DNA from: a virus | Direction: 5' to 3' (one strand) | DNA: 64,000 nucleotides | IMG/VR virus record: IMGVR_UViG_3300025030_001854 | Span: 64,001 to 128,000 of that record | Part shown: positions 44,852 to 55,100 of the stretch, piece by piece | How positions within the stretch are numbered: the stretch's first letter is position 1 | Layout of the letters: each line of letters begins with the position of its first letter | The notes under the pieces: generated by a model | Database searches by the model: none | What the model saw: the letters and a program-made list of their open reading frames with translations, nothing else | What the model was told of the DNA's origin: nothing | Made by a program: the position numbers and the translations under genes

Positions 44852-47415
44852 ATGAATTTATAAACGATTTTGAATCAATGGAGGTTCCCATTCTTGGGGT
44901 TCGACTTCCAGAATTCGCTATTGAAGAGAAATATTTAAAAGCAGTTGGTTTAAAATTAGGAACATCTAATTATGATTTTCTTCGAGCTTTATGTATTGAG
45001 GGGTTTAAGAAACTAAAAATATCTAAATCTAACCCAAATTATCAAATTTATGGAGATAGAGTTAAACACGAACTTGGAATTCTTTCCGAATTAGGATTTG
45101 TTGATTACCTATTATTAGTATGGGATGTCATTAATTATTGTAAAGAAAATGATATTCCGACTGGTTTGGGTCGAGGAAGCGCGGCAGGAAGTCTTGTCCT
45201 TTATCTTATTGGTGTCACTAAAATAGACCCTATTAAATACGGACTCTATTTTGAAAGATTCGTGTCTAAAATTAGAGCTAAAAAACAAATCTTTGACGGA
45301 ATTACCTATTTAGACGGTTCGTTAATGTGCGATGTGGATTTGGATATCTGCTACTATAATCGTCCAAAAGTATTAGCTTATTTGGATAAGAAATTTGCCG
45401 GAAAAACATCTAAGATTCTTACATTTAATACTTTATCAGCTAAATTGGTTATTAAAGAGGTCGGTAAGATTCTAGGTGGAGTTCCAGAAGAAGAAATGAC
45501 TCATGTTACAAGTATGATTCCTAAACAGCATGGAATCTTGGAGGATTTAGATGTTGCCTATGAAAAAGTGGGAGAATTTAAAGAATGGTGTGATACTCAT
45601 AGTCTTGTTTATTCTGTAGCTTTAAAATTAAAAGACCTTATTAAAAATAAGGGGGTTCATCCATCAGGAATTATGATTACTCATGGAAACCTACTAGATT
45701 CTTGCCCCACAGAACTTTCTTCAGAAAAGGAAATTGTTTCTTCCTATGACATGAACTGGGTGTCATTATTTTCTGTTAAGTTAGATGCTTTGGGTTTACG
45801 TGGAGTGTCGGTCGTAGATGATATATGTAAACAATTAGGAATTAAGGTCGAAGACATAGATTTAAATGACCCAATTATATATCAGAGCCTACAAAGTTTG
45901 AAATACCCACAAGGTCTATTCCAATTAGAGGCTGACCTATGCTTTAAAACAACCCAAAAAGTTAAACCAAAGAATATGCAAGAATTAAGTGCTATTCTTG
46001 CTGTCGCCCGTCCTGGTGCGATGCAATTTATTGACAAGCTCGCTCTGTATACAACAACTGGAACTATTGACAGTATTCATCCATTTTTTGAAGATATTTT
46101 AATAGAAACTGGTGGGGTTGCCCTATATCAGGAGCAGTTAATGAAAATGGCTAATAAAATTGGTTTCACCTTGGATGAAGCCGAAATTTTAAGGAGAATT
46201 GTAGGAAAAAAGAAAGTTGACGAAGTTAAAAAATGGAAAAGTAAAATTGAAGAAAAAGTAAAAGAGCAAGGACTTGATAAAGAAATAGGAGAAATCTTAT
46301 GGAAGATTTTGGAAGATTCGGCAAGTTATTCATTCAACAAGAGCCATAGTGTAAGTTATGCTGCATTGGCTGCTTTAACAGTCTACTTAAAATTCAAATA
46401 TCCAACAAATTTCTTCTTGTCTCTTCTTTCTATGAGTCAACATGAACCTGACCCCATAGGAGAAATAGCTAAAATCCATAAAGAAATGCAATATTTTAAT
46501 ATTAAATTGCTTTCTCCAAGCTTATCTTATTCCCAAATTAAATTTACTATTGAAGGAAAAGATATTCGTTTCGGTCTTTCTTCTATTAAGGGCATTGCCG
46601 AAAAAACAATTGAAAAACTTAATAATTTTAAACGAGAACATGCCAATAAATTTGAATTATTTGAATCTGCGAAAGAAGCCGGTCTAACAATCGGAGTCCT
46701 CTCCGCTCTTATTCAGGCTGGAACACTGTCTAAATTTGGCGATAAAAGAGCATATTTAGTCTATGAGGCTCAATTATGGAACCTTCTTAAACCGAAAGAA
46801 AAACAAAACGCTATTTCTTTAGCTTTAAAGTATGATTATAAATTAATTCCCATTGTTAAAGCGTTAAATCAGGTTCATAAAGATGAAAAAGGACGACCTT
46901 TAATCAAGGATTCAAGAATGGCAACTATAAAAAAGGGTTCAGAAAGATATAAAAATATTTTTGAACTAAATGATGTATGTGCTGATTTCGCTAACTGGTG
47001 GTATGAAAAACGATTATTGGGTTATGTTTCCGACAAGCACTTAATTGATATATTCTTATCCAAAAAAAGTTCATTATCCCCCATTAATGAAATATTAGAA
47101 TTGCCAGAGGATTCTTACGTTGATTTTATTGGTCATATTGATGAAAATCCTACGCTTGGAACTTCTAGGACAGCTAGAAAAAGCAAATATGCCAAATATC
47201 AAATCAGTGACGAAACAGGGACCGTTAAAGTCATGATTTTTAATGATTCTCTTGAAGAATGTAAAACTTTAAATGGAGTTCTTCCTAAACAAGAAGATAT
47301 CGTAATTGTAAGCGGAAGGAAAAAGGGGGATGATACTATTTTCGCCCGCTTAATTGCTGTTCAACAAAATGTAATTTATACAAAACTTTCAGAATTAAAA
47401 GACCCAACAGTTTAA
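44842..47415 (+). CDS. dnaE: DNA polymerase III alpha catalytic part (lacks the PHP domain)
   Basis: GF.DY.L.V.D, GRGSAAGSLV.Y, FERF, DVDLD, HPSG, KLD.LGL, G.FQ.E, YQEQ.M, FNKSHS..Y, IRFGL..IKG, C-terminal OB fold. Confidence 0.92.
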   Translation: MQVNEFINDFESMEVPILGVRLPEFAIEEKYLKAVGLKLGTSNYDFLRALCIEGFKKLKISKSNPNYQIYGDRVKHELGILSELGFVDYLLLVWDVINYCKENDIPTGLGRGSAAGSLVLYLIGVTKIDPIKYGLYFERFVSKIRAKKQIFDGITYLDGSLMCDVDLDICYYNRPKVLAYLDKKFAGKTSKILTFNTLSAKLVIKEVGKILGGVPEEEMTHVTSMIPKQHGILEDLDVAYEKVGEFKEWCDTHSLVYSVALKLKDLIKNKGVHPSGIMITHGNLLDSCPTELSSEKEIVSSYDMNWVSLFSVKLDALGLRGVSVVDDICKQLGIKVEDIDLNDPIIYQSLQSLKYPQGLFQLEADLCFKTTQKVKPKNMQELSAILAVARPGAMQFIDKLALYTTTGTIDSIHPFFEDILIETGGVALYQEQLMKMANKIGFTLDEAEILRRIVGKKKVDEVKKWKSKIEEKVKEQGLDKEIGEILWKILEDSASYSFNKSHSVSYAALAALTVYLKFKYPTNFFLSLLSMSQHEPDPIGEIAKIHKEMQYFNIKLLSPSLSYSQIKFTIEGKDIRFGLSSIKGIAEKTIEKLNNFKREHANKFELFESAKEAGLTIGVLSALIQAGTLSKFGDKRAYLVYEAQLWNLLKPKEKQNAISLALKYDYKLIPIVKALNQVHKDEKGRPLIKDSRMATIKKGSERYKNIFELNDVCADFANWWYEKRLLGYVSDKHLIDIFLSKKSSLSPINEILELPEDSYVDFIGHIDENPTLGTSRTARKSKYAKYQISDETGTVKVMIFNDSLEECKTLNGVLPKQEDIVIVSGRKKGDDTIFARLIAVQQNVIYTKLSELKDPTV

Positions 47416-50400
47416 ATCAAATTTTTTGATACTAAACATATAGGTAATCCTTCTGTCGCGAAAGCACTATTTAATAAATCTTCTTGAAGGGTTACCCTTG
47501 TTCCTCTTCCTGAAGTTATACATTTTCCACTATTTATAATAGCATCAGTTGAAACAGAATCATACATCTGAAACTGATTAGATATTCCATATTGTTTAGA
47601 TATATCTGGATTTTTTAAACCATTAGGTAACGGTTGTCCCCTAGATGCGGAAAAAATCATAGCACTATTAGTAAAGGTTAATCCGTCGTCAGGGGGCATT
47701 ATTTCTATGGTTTCTCCAGGATTTAAAATCTCAATTGAACTAAATGCTGGCCATAAAAGTTTGTTGTAATTTTCTGGATATGTCATAAACATTCCACTAT
47801 ATTCTTGGTAATCTGTAATTCTAAGTCCTGGTTTTCTTTGTTTCATGATTGATGGCGCTTCTAATACTGGACGATTAGTAGTAGAAGTTGGTTCAATAAA
47901 AAATTTGGGGTTTAATCTTGATAAAACTGGGGACATATATACTGGGTCATATAGTGGTTTGAGTTCGTCTCCCGAAGAAATATTTTCTAATATAATTCCC
48001 TCGGTGAATATAGCTGTATCGGCTTGACCTAAATACCCCATTTCTCCAGAGACGACACAATAACCAGAAGGATTAATAATATGTAAATCTTCATATGGAA
48101 TAGCTTTATATTCTATAGAAACATTTTTAAAAGTAAATGAAATTCTTACTCCCTCTCTATATCCGCTAATATCCATTCCCTGTCGTCTTTGTCTACATCT
48201 TTTAGACCAATATTCTTCTACGGTATCTGAAGAATCATATATAAAATTATCAAAAGAGTCTATTCTTCCATAGCCTGTAAACCGACTTTCGTCGTCTGGT
48301 TGAGGATAAAGTTTACCTGTTCTAGAAAAAGTAACAAAAGTATGAGAACCCTTGAGTCCCTCAAAACCATTAGAATGTGGAATAACAAATTTTAATTCTA
48401 GTCCATTATTAGGAAAATTATGGATATTTAACCAATCACGTTCTCCTTTATGGAAATTAAGATGATAGTTTTCTCCATTTAGGGTTTTTCTTGCTTTAAG
48501 TGTTAATTTGCCCGAAGGAACTCCCTTTTTTGTTTCTGCCAAATGTCCATCTTCAATATATCCATCTCCACCCACCGTTGGATTGGAATAAACATTTATA
48601 TGTAATGGATAACCAGCCTTAATAACTGAAACAATAGAGTAATTAGCATATCTTCCACCTTCTTCTAATTTTAGTCCACTAATAATATACTGACTTTCTT
48701 TCGTAGGGTCGTCAGTGCAATTAGGATTATCAGCATACATCTGTGAAACTTTTCTATTATTTACATATAGGTCAGTAAATCCTTGCACACTATTAGGATA
48801 CATTAAACCGATTTCTACATCTCTATCAAACGGACCAATAGTTATACCTGAAGAATCATACCATTCGCCGATAGATGAGGTTTTATTAATAATTGGGAAT
48901 AAAGTTGATAAATCAAATTCTAAATACATTCCACTTCTAAAAGTAGTAATGAGATTCCCAGTATATCCTATTTTTGCATACTGAATAACAGAGCTGCTAG
49001 TAAACGGTAGAGGTAACGAACCAGTATATCCCAGTGGATTATATCTTAATGAAGAAGCCCAAATAACTGTCCCTGTTGGAGAACTATTAAATAATAAAAT
49101 TCCATCATCATCTTCTGGAGTTCTAAAACACTGATAATCATAACATGGATAATCATCACTTCTATCTCGACAATAAATACTATAAGTTTGAGCTGAAAAG
49201 CCCAACCAAGCATCACCAATTATTTCGCGAGAATGATATCCACCCTGCCCAGAGGCAGAATATAAACCATAATTTAATAACTCTTCTTGTCGTCCCCCAA
49301 TATATTCAAAAAATAATGGGTCTTTTCCTGTCTCTATATCAAATCGTTGGTCATTATTATCTGTAATTTGACAGGTCTGAGAGTAATAATCAGCAAATGT
49401 AGAATTAATCCCAGGAGTCATTCCCAACCTACCAGAATTAATATTAAAAATAGGAGGAGTATAAATTAATTCTACTTCATCAGTAAACGCATCGTAAGCA
49501 TGAAATAGTCCCAAAGATAATGGCCGCAAATCATATGTATAAATATAATGTTCTGAATCTAAACCTGTAAACCATTTATGAGTCCAAACATCATATCCTG
49601 TAAGATAATATCCGTTTTCAAAATAGGTATTTATATCTGCATCTAAATTAAAGGTAGTATTATTTTTTCCAGAAGGAACAAATCCTTTATAAAGTGGAGC
49701 CCATTGATTATTAACCAAATTAATTCCTAGTCGTTTTTGAAATGGTTGGTCAACTTTTTTATTATTAATATCTAGAGATGACCATCCGACATCATTTGTT
49801 TCGAATATTTTGGTCATGATAGGGGCATTATTTGGATATGCTAATCCCCCTAATCCATCTGGACGTTTTACTGGAATATATTTAATATTAGATGAGACTG
49901 TTCCATCAGAATTGATATGATATACCCCAAAAATTTCTTTTACCACTTCTTCTCTTACCTCTAAATTAAATTTTACTTTATAAGGAAATCCTCTAAGTTT
50001 TCCTACATATAAAGCATTAGCTCCTAATGCTTGTGGATATAAAAACTTACGATTTTCCGTATTAAATGGACCACTAGTAAATCTTGGAAGATAGTTGTCT
50101 GATGACTGAGTGGCCATGATTCTAGGAAATTCGTTTTCCATATCTTCTGGCAATGGAGAAAATGAAGACCATCCAGTATATTTAATATTACTTGTTTCTG
50201 GGAAGCTATTGTCCAAATAATAATATTCTCTTTGAATACCTGATTCGTCAAATGCTATTTTTTTCACCAATCCAACTGTTTGCCCATTAACTAAATATCC
50301 ACTAATAAATGTAATTGTCTTAACGTCGTCACCAATAATATCTTCTTGATAGCTATCAATAATATTATTTAATTCAATAATTTGTCCACCACCACTTAAT

Positions 50401-52163
50401 AAATAACCAGTATATTCAAAATGGGAATTTTTTAAAACTTTAGAAACCAAACTATATTTTCCCTCAAAGAAATCACCCATAGAAAAAAATTGTTTAGTTA
50501 TTTCGTCTCTATTGTTAAGTTCAGCAGAACCTATTTTGGTATAAAATTTAGCCCTTGCCCCATTTTCAGAATAACCATAAGTATTATTATCTTCTCCCGT
50601 CGCAATAGGAAAAGAAGAAACCGAATTACTTCTAGACGATTCTGAGGAATAGCTCGCCCCTTTGGATGAAGTTTGAGATGGAAATAAAACGATTTTTGCC
50701 CTACTTCCAAATGTTTGATTATCAAATGTTTGAAAAAAAGCTAAAGCAGGTAAAGAACTAAATTCACTGGGTTGCGGTGGACCAAAATACCAATATTGTT
50801 TACCAAAACTTTCATTCCAGGTTTGTAAATCGTCCCCAACCAAAGTTCCGTTATGAATAGGATTATGAGAATCAATAGTTAGCATTCTTTTGGATATATT
50901 TCCTGTATTACAAACCGGATTTGCCAAGAAATATTGATAGTCTTCTTTATTTAAACCCTCTTCAGAAACAAATAATGGAGAAAATTTCCATCCAGTAAAA
51001 TTAGAAGAAGCACAAGTAACACATTTAACTTCATCTGAGCACTTGATAACAGACCCAGTAAATCCTATGTGCATTGACTGGGCAACATTGGTGCAGTCCA
51101 TAGATGCTGGACTTTTAGCGTATTCTTGGTATAACCCTATTCTTCCAGGACTATCTGTTCTAACTGAAGACGAAGTAACCTTCACATTATTACCATTATT
51201 ATCTACTTCATAGGAATAAAGTGTTCTTCTATTATGATGCCAATCAGAAACCGGCATTCCAGATTTGTCGAAATGAATATAAGCATTTTTTACGTCAGAA
51301 TTAAAATCTCCAGAAGATGGCGGTCCATCGTTGAAAATCCTGTGAAATTTTATATTAGGCACTGGTCCGATATAAGATTTTGGGTCGCGACAAGGCACTG
51401 TTCTTAAATATGTAAAGGAAATTGGCTGACCATTAGCTCCTATAATATTAACATTATCTTCTACACAATCACTAACATCATCCCCAATAGCATCATAAAG
51501 TAATTCTCCAGATACATAATAATACTGATTTTCTATGTCTTTCAATATTTGGAGATTAGGTTGATGAAAAATTTTACTAGTATCATACCAATTATAATTT
51601 GATACTTCTGATTCTTTATTTCTATCTGACGTAGCAATATATGCAATAGTAGAAGAATAATCATTTGACAATAAAGATTCCACGGCACTAATAGAAAATG
51701 GATGAATTACTTCTCCTGTTCTTGTCGTTTCGAATGGACTATTCTCGAAAACAATACTTCCAATATTATTTAATACTTGTCCTATAACTTTAGATAATGT
51801 TGAAATTTTGACCCCACCAGCCCCAATCATACAGTAACCAAAAATAATAGCATGAGCAGCAATATTTAATAATTCTCTTTCATTTTCTGTATTATCTGGC
51901 AGATAGTTATTAATAATATATGCCATCGAACTTTCATAATTTTTATAAGTAGAGGTCTGAGAAAAACCCACCGTATTTTCAATATCAGAATCTTCTTGCA
52001 GATAATTATAAAAATCATCCCCGGCATCCTGTCCAAGATTAAAACCAGCCGCCATAGCCATGCACATCTTATTCCTAAACCCTTTTTTATTTAAAACGGC
52101 TAAACGAATATATACGGCAGATATACTTAAACCAAAAATTGTTCTTAGACCATTATCTTCCAT
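47412..52163 (-). CDS. very large hypothetical protein, probable virion/tail component
   Basis: 1583 aa, rich in Gly/Ser/Thr/Tyr with recurrent TG/SG dipeptides; no catalytic motif seen. Confidence 0.6.
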   Translation of the reverse strand: MEDNGLRTIFGLSISAVYIRLAVLNKKGFRNKMCMAMAAGFNLGQDAGDDFYNYLQEDSDIENTVGFSQTSTYKNYESSMAYIINNYLPDNTENERELLNIAAHAIIFGYCMIGAGGVKISTLSKVIGQVLNNIGSIVFENSPFETTRTGEVIHPFSISAVESLLSNDYSSTIAYIATSDRNKESEVSNYNWYDTSKIFHQPNLQILKDIENQYYYVSGELLYDAIGDDVSDCVEDNVNIIGANGQPISFTYLRTVPCRDPKSYIGPVPNIKFHRIFNDGPPSSGDFNSDVKNAYIHFDKSGMPVSDWHHNRRTLYSYEVDNNGNNVKVTSSSVRTDSPGRIGLYQEYAKSPASMDCTNVAQSMHIGFTGSVIKCSDEVKCVTCASSNFTGWKFSPLFVSEEGLNKEDYQYFLANPVCNTGNISKRMLTIDSHNPIHNGTLVGDDLQTWNESFGKQYWYFGPPQPSEFSSLPALAFFQTFDNQTFGSRAKIVLFPSQTSSKGASYSSESSRSNSVSSFPIATGEDNNTYGYSENGARAKFYTKIGSAELNNRDEITKQFFSMGDFFEGKYSLVSKVLKNSHFEYTGYLLSGGGQIIELNNIIDSYQEDIIGDDVKTITFISGYLVNGQTVGLVKKIAFDESGIQREYYYLDNSFPETSNIKYTGWSSFSPLPEDMENEFPRIMATQSSDNYLPRFTSGPFNTENRKFLYPQALGANALYVGKLRGFPYKVKFNLEVREEVVKEIFGVYHINSDGTVSSNIKYIPVKRPDGLGGLAYPNNAPIMTKIFETNDVGWSSLDINNKKVDQPFQKRLGINLVNNQWAPLYKGFVPSGKNNTTFNLDADINTYFENGYYLTGYDVWTHKWFTGLDSEHYIYTYDLRPLSLGLFHAYDAFTDEVELIYTPPIFNINSGRLGMTPGINSTFADYYSQTCQITDNNDQRFDIETGKDPLFFEYIGGRQEELLNYGLYSASGQGGYHSREIIGDAWLGFSAQTYSIYCRDRSDDYPCYDYQCFRTPEDDDGILLFNSSPTGTVIWASSLRYNPLGYTGSLPLPFTSSSVIQYAKIGYTGNLITTFRSGMYLEFDLSTLFPIINKTSSIGEWYDSSGITIGPFDRDVEIGLMYPNSVQGFTDLYVNNRKVSQMYADNPNCTDDPTKESQYIISGLKLEEGGRYANYSIVSVIKAGYPLHINVYSNPTVGGDGYIEDGHLAETKKGVPSGKLTLKARKTLNGENYHLNFHKGERDWLNIHNFPNNGLELKFVIPHSNGFEGLKGSHTFVTFSRTGKLYPQPDDESRFTGYGRIDSFDNFIYDSSDTVEEYWSKRCRQRRQGMDISGYREGVRISFTFKNVSIEYKAIPYEDLHIINPSGYCVVSGEMGYLGQADTAIFTEGIILENISSGDELKPLYDPVYMSPVLSRLNPKFFIEPTSTTNRPVLEAPSIMKQRKPGLRITDYQEYSGMFMTYPENYNKLLWPAFSSIEILNPGETIEIMPPDDGLTFTNSAMIFSASRGQPLPNGLKNPDISKQYGISNQFQMYDSVSTDAIINSGKCITSGRGTRVTLQEDLLNSAFATEGLPICLVSKNLI

Positions 52164-52165
52164 TT

Positions 52166-55100
52166 TTATCCTTCTTCTCCTCTTATATTAAACTGACTAT
52201 ACAAATTTGAAGCATAATTCTGAGCATCATTAAAAGCCGTAATATTACCCACTAATACGCTACTCATATGTCCAGCCCCTAAGTGTAAAGTCGGAGTAAT
52301 AAAATTACAATGTTCAGAACCTCCATCTTGGCAGGGAGATATTCCAACTATATCGGTATTTGTCTCAGGGAAATAAGATGTCCCAACATTAAGCATTCCA
52401 CGAGTAATCCTAGCGTGAGGAGTATTAATTGGACTTCTAAATATAACATCACTATCTTTGCTAGATAGTTCATCTGTTATAATTAAACTTCCGTTACTTT
52501 TTTCATTAGCAATGGGAACAAGCCTTAATTTCTTTTTTTGTCGATTTGCGTTTTCTTCGACATAATTAAATAATTTTTGTGCTTTTCCTCCAGGGAAAAA
52601 TCCTTGCCCATATCTCATACTTAAACATGGGTCAAAACAATCTCCAGCCATCAATCTTGATGGAGGACAACTATACGCTGAAAAATCTGGGCTTCCGGCC
52701 AATTGAGAAGCGGTCATAACATAATCACACACTGTAGAATTAAATCCTGGATAATTTTCCTCACAGGAAAAAGAGATATCCCCATATGGTTTAGAAGTTC
52801 CCTCGGTTCCCCGTTTACCCCACCAAATATTTCTAATAGACGGTAAATCCATAAAACCAAGATTGCTTCGTTTAGCATTTATTTGATTGACTAATGAAAC
52901 ATGGTTAGCGGAAGACTCTTTTTTTACATATAATCCATATATTGATGGGGCATCAAACATCATATTAAATCTTCTTCCCCATGCCATTGAATAGAATCCT
53001 AAAGAAATTCCATTTCCATTTCTATCTCTATTATGACGTTTTACTTTCCACTGATAGGCATATGGGCCATACATCGGCCTTCTTTCCAAATATGTATTGT
53101 TTGGTTGTCCCAACCAAAAATATTGAATAGCAGAATTCATTGCTCTTAATCCAGGACAAATAAAAGTCTCATTTCTTACATTTTTCTTTTTTACTGGGTC
53201 ACATAATATATAAAATCTATCAAAAGCTTCAATATAATAAAGCATATTTCTACCAAATCCATTATTTGTATATCCACAATTCAATCCAGCTAAATCAGTG
53301 GGACGAATTAAAGCTTTCGCTTCTTCTAATAATCGTTCTGAGGCTTCCTCATTTTTTGGTGCTCCAGCCCCAATAAATTGAATATCTCTATCTTTTACAG
53401 TAGATATTTTTCCAAAACGTTTAATAGAGCCCAAATTATTGCCCCATTGCCAATGACCGATACCCTTATTTGGATAATTTAATTCTCCATAATTCGTAAC
53501 CGGAGGATATAATTCAGCAATAGTTGACAAACTAGATAATTTCATTCCTTTTCTAGTATCTTTTGTAGCAACAGCTTTTTGTTTTAATGTCCAATGTGTA
53601 ACTCGATAATTATTAAAATATACCATTGTTCTTATACCACGTTTTCCAATAGGCATACTATAGTTTTCGCATTCTGGCAAATGTTTATATCCATACAAGA
53701 GATTACCTTCTTGTTGGTTAAGAAGCTTGCTAAATGGAATAAGACTACCATAATCAAGAAGATGTCCCCACGATTCTCTTAATCCCCGTGTGTCTGTTAA
53801 AGTGGATGGTTTATAGCTTCTCGTTGCCCCAACATAACCAATACTTCCAACAAAACGATAAGCCGATACATCTCCCCATCCTGCATTTGGTGGTGGAATT
53901 TTTTGCTCAATCACACTCTCAGGAATTGCATGTGGGTCTTCTTGATATCCACAATAAGGACCAATAAAAGAATATACTTCTGGACTAATAGATATAATTT
54001 GCAATTCATCATTTTTATCAAATACTTCAAAGTCTACTCTAATGTCTCCATTAGCATTCGAGGCATTTTTAACAGAAACATCAAATCTCAACCAGTCTTC
54101 TATTATTAATTCAGAAGGATTGCTCATTCTTATGCCAAATCTTCCTGACGCTAAACAAAAATAATAATAATCACTATCTTCATCTTTTATAGTCCCTTGA
54201 ATAAAAGAATAATCATCTTCACTATTATTTTCTGGGGAATAAACTGGAGAGCAATCTAACGGATGAATAATGGTGCAAGTATTAGAATCTCCTTCTAAAG
54301 CACACCAATTTCCTCCCGTATTAGATGGTTCAGTCAATTCAAAATTACTACTTGATAGAAATTCGGGATATTTATCTTTTTTAACTCTATGCCATTTATA
54401 TTGTAATGGATATAGGTTGCGTTTATTTTTATTAAATATCTTTAATTTTTCGCACCAAAAGGCAATTTCTGGATATCTAGTGGTCATCTTATCTTCTGGA
54501 ATAGAATGATAATCTACCGCTGAACATCTTAAAGTTGGATGTTGTCCTATTTTACAATGAACTTTAGGTAATGGTTGCTGAGTGAAAATAGGAGTAAAAC
54601 AAGAAAAATTTTTATCTAATTGTCCTATTTCATTATAACCAATTGCTAACCAACCGCTTGGAGAATATTTTCTTCCTAAAGTATCTAAAATTAGTCCGCT
54701 AAGAACAGGTTCATACGAAGGAGTCGGAATCATTTTATTAAATCTAATATCATTAAAAAATCCAGGATAATAAAAAGTATTTTGGGAAAAGGATAAAGTC
54801 GCCAACGTGTCCATCAAACCTGAAATCGCGCCTCTACTTCCATAAGCCCCCTCAAAAAATCTTCTTTTTACATCTGGTAATTCTGAATTTGTCCCCCAAG
54901 AAAAAGGCATTCTCGACCACCCTGTATGCTCTAAATAATCTTTAGATTTATCAAATGAAAAATAAATATGATTTAGCGGGAATAAATCAATCGGATTTCC
55001 ATGAATGAAATTTTCCATGTATCTTGTCATCATCCGTTTTTCTCGTCCAGAAATAATTGATTGATAAAAAGATTCGTTTATACCATTATCGTCCCTGATA

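Noticed and set aside
7148-47415. Inteins or introns in NrdJ, RecA, DnaB or DnaE
   Set aside because: Protein lengths are normal and no splicing motifs were seen; the insertions in NrdJ and RecA are short helical stretches.
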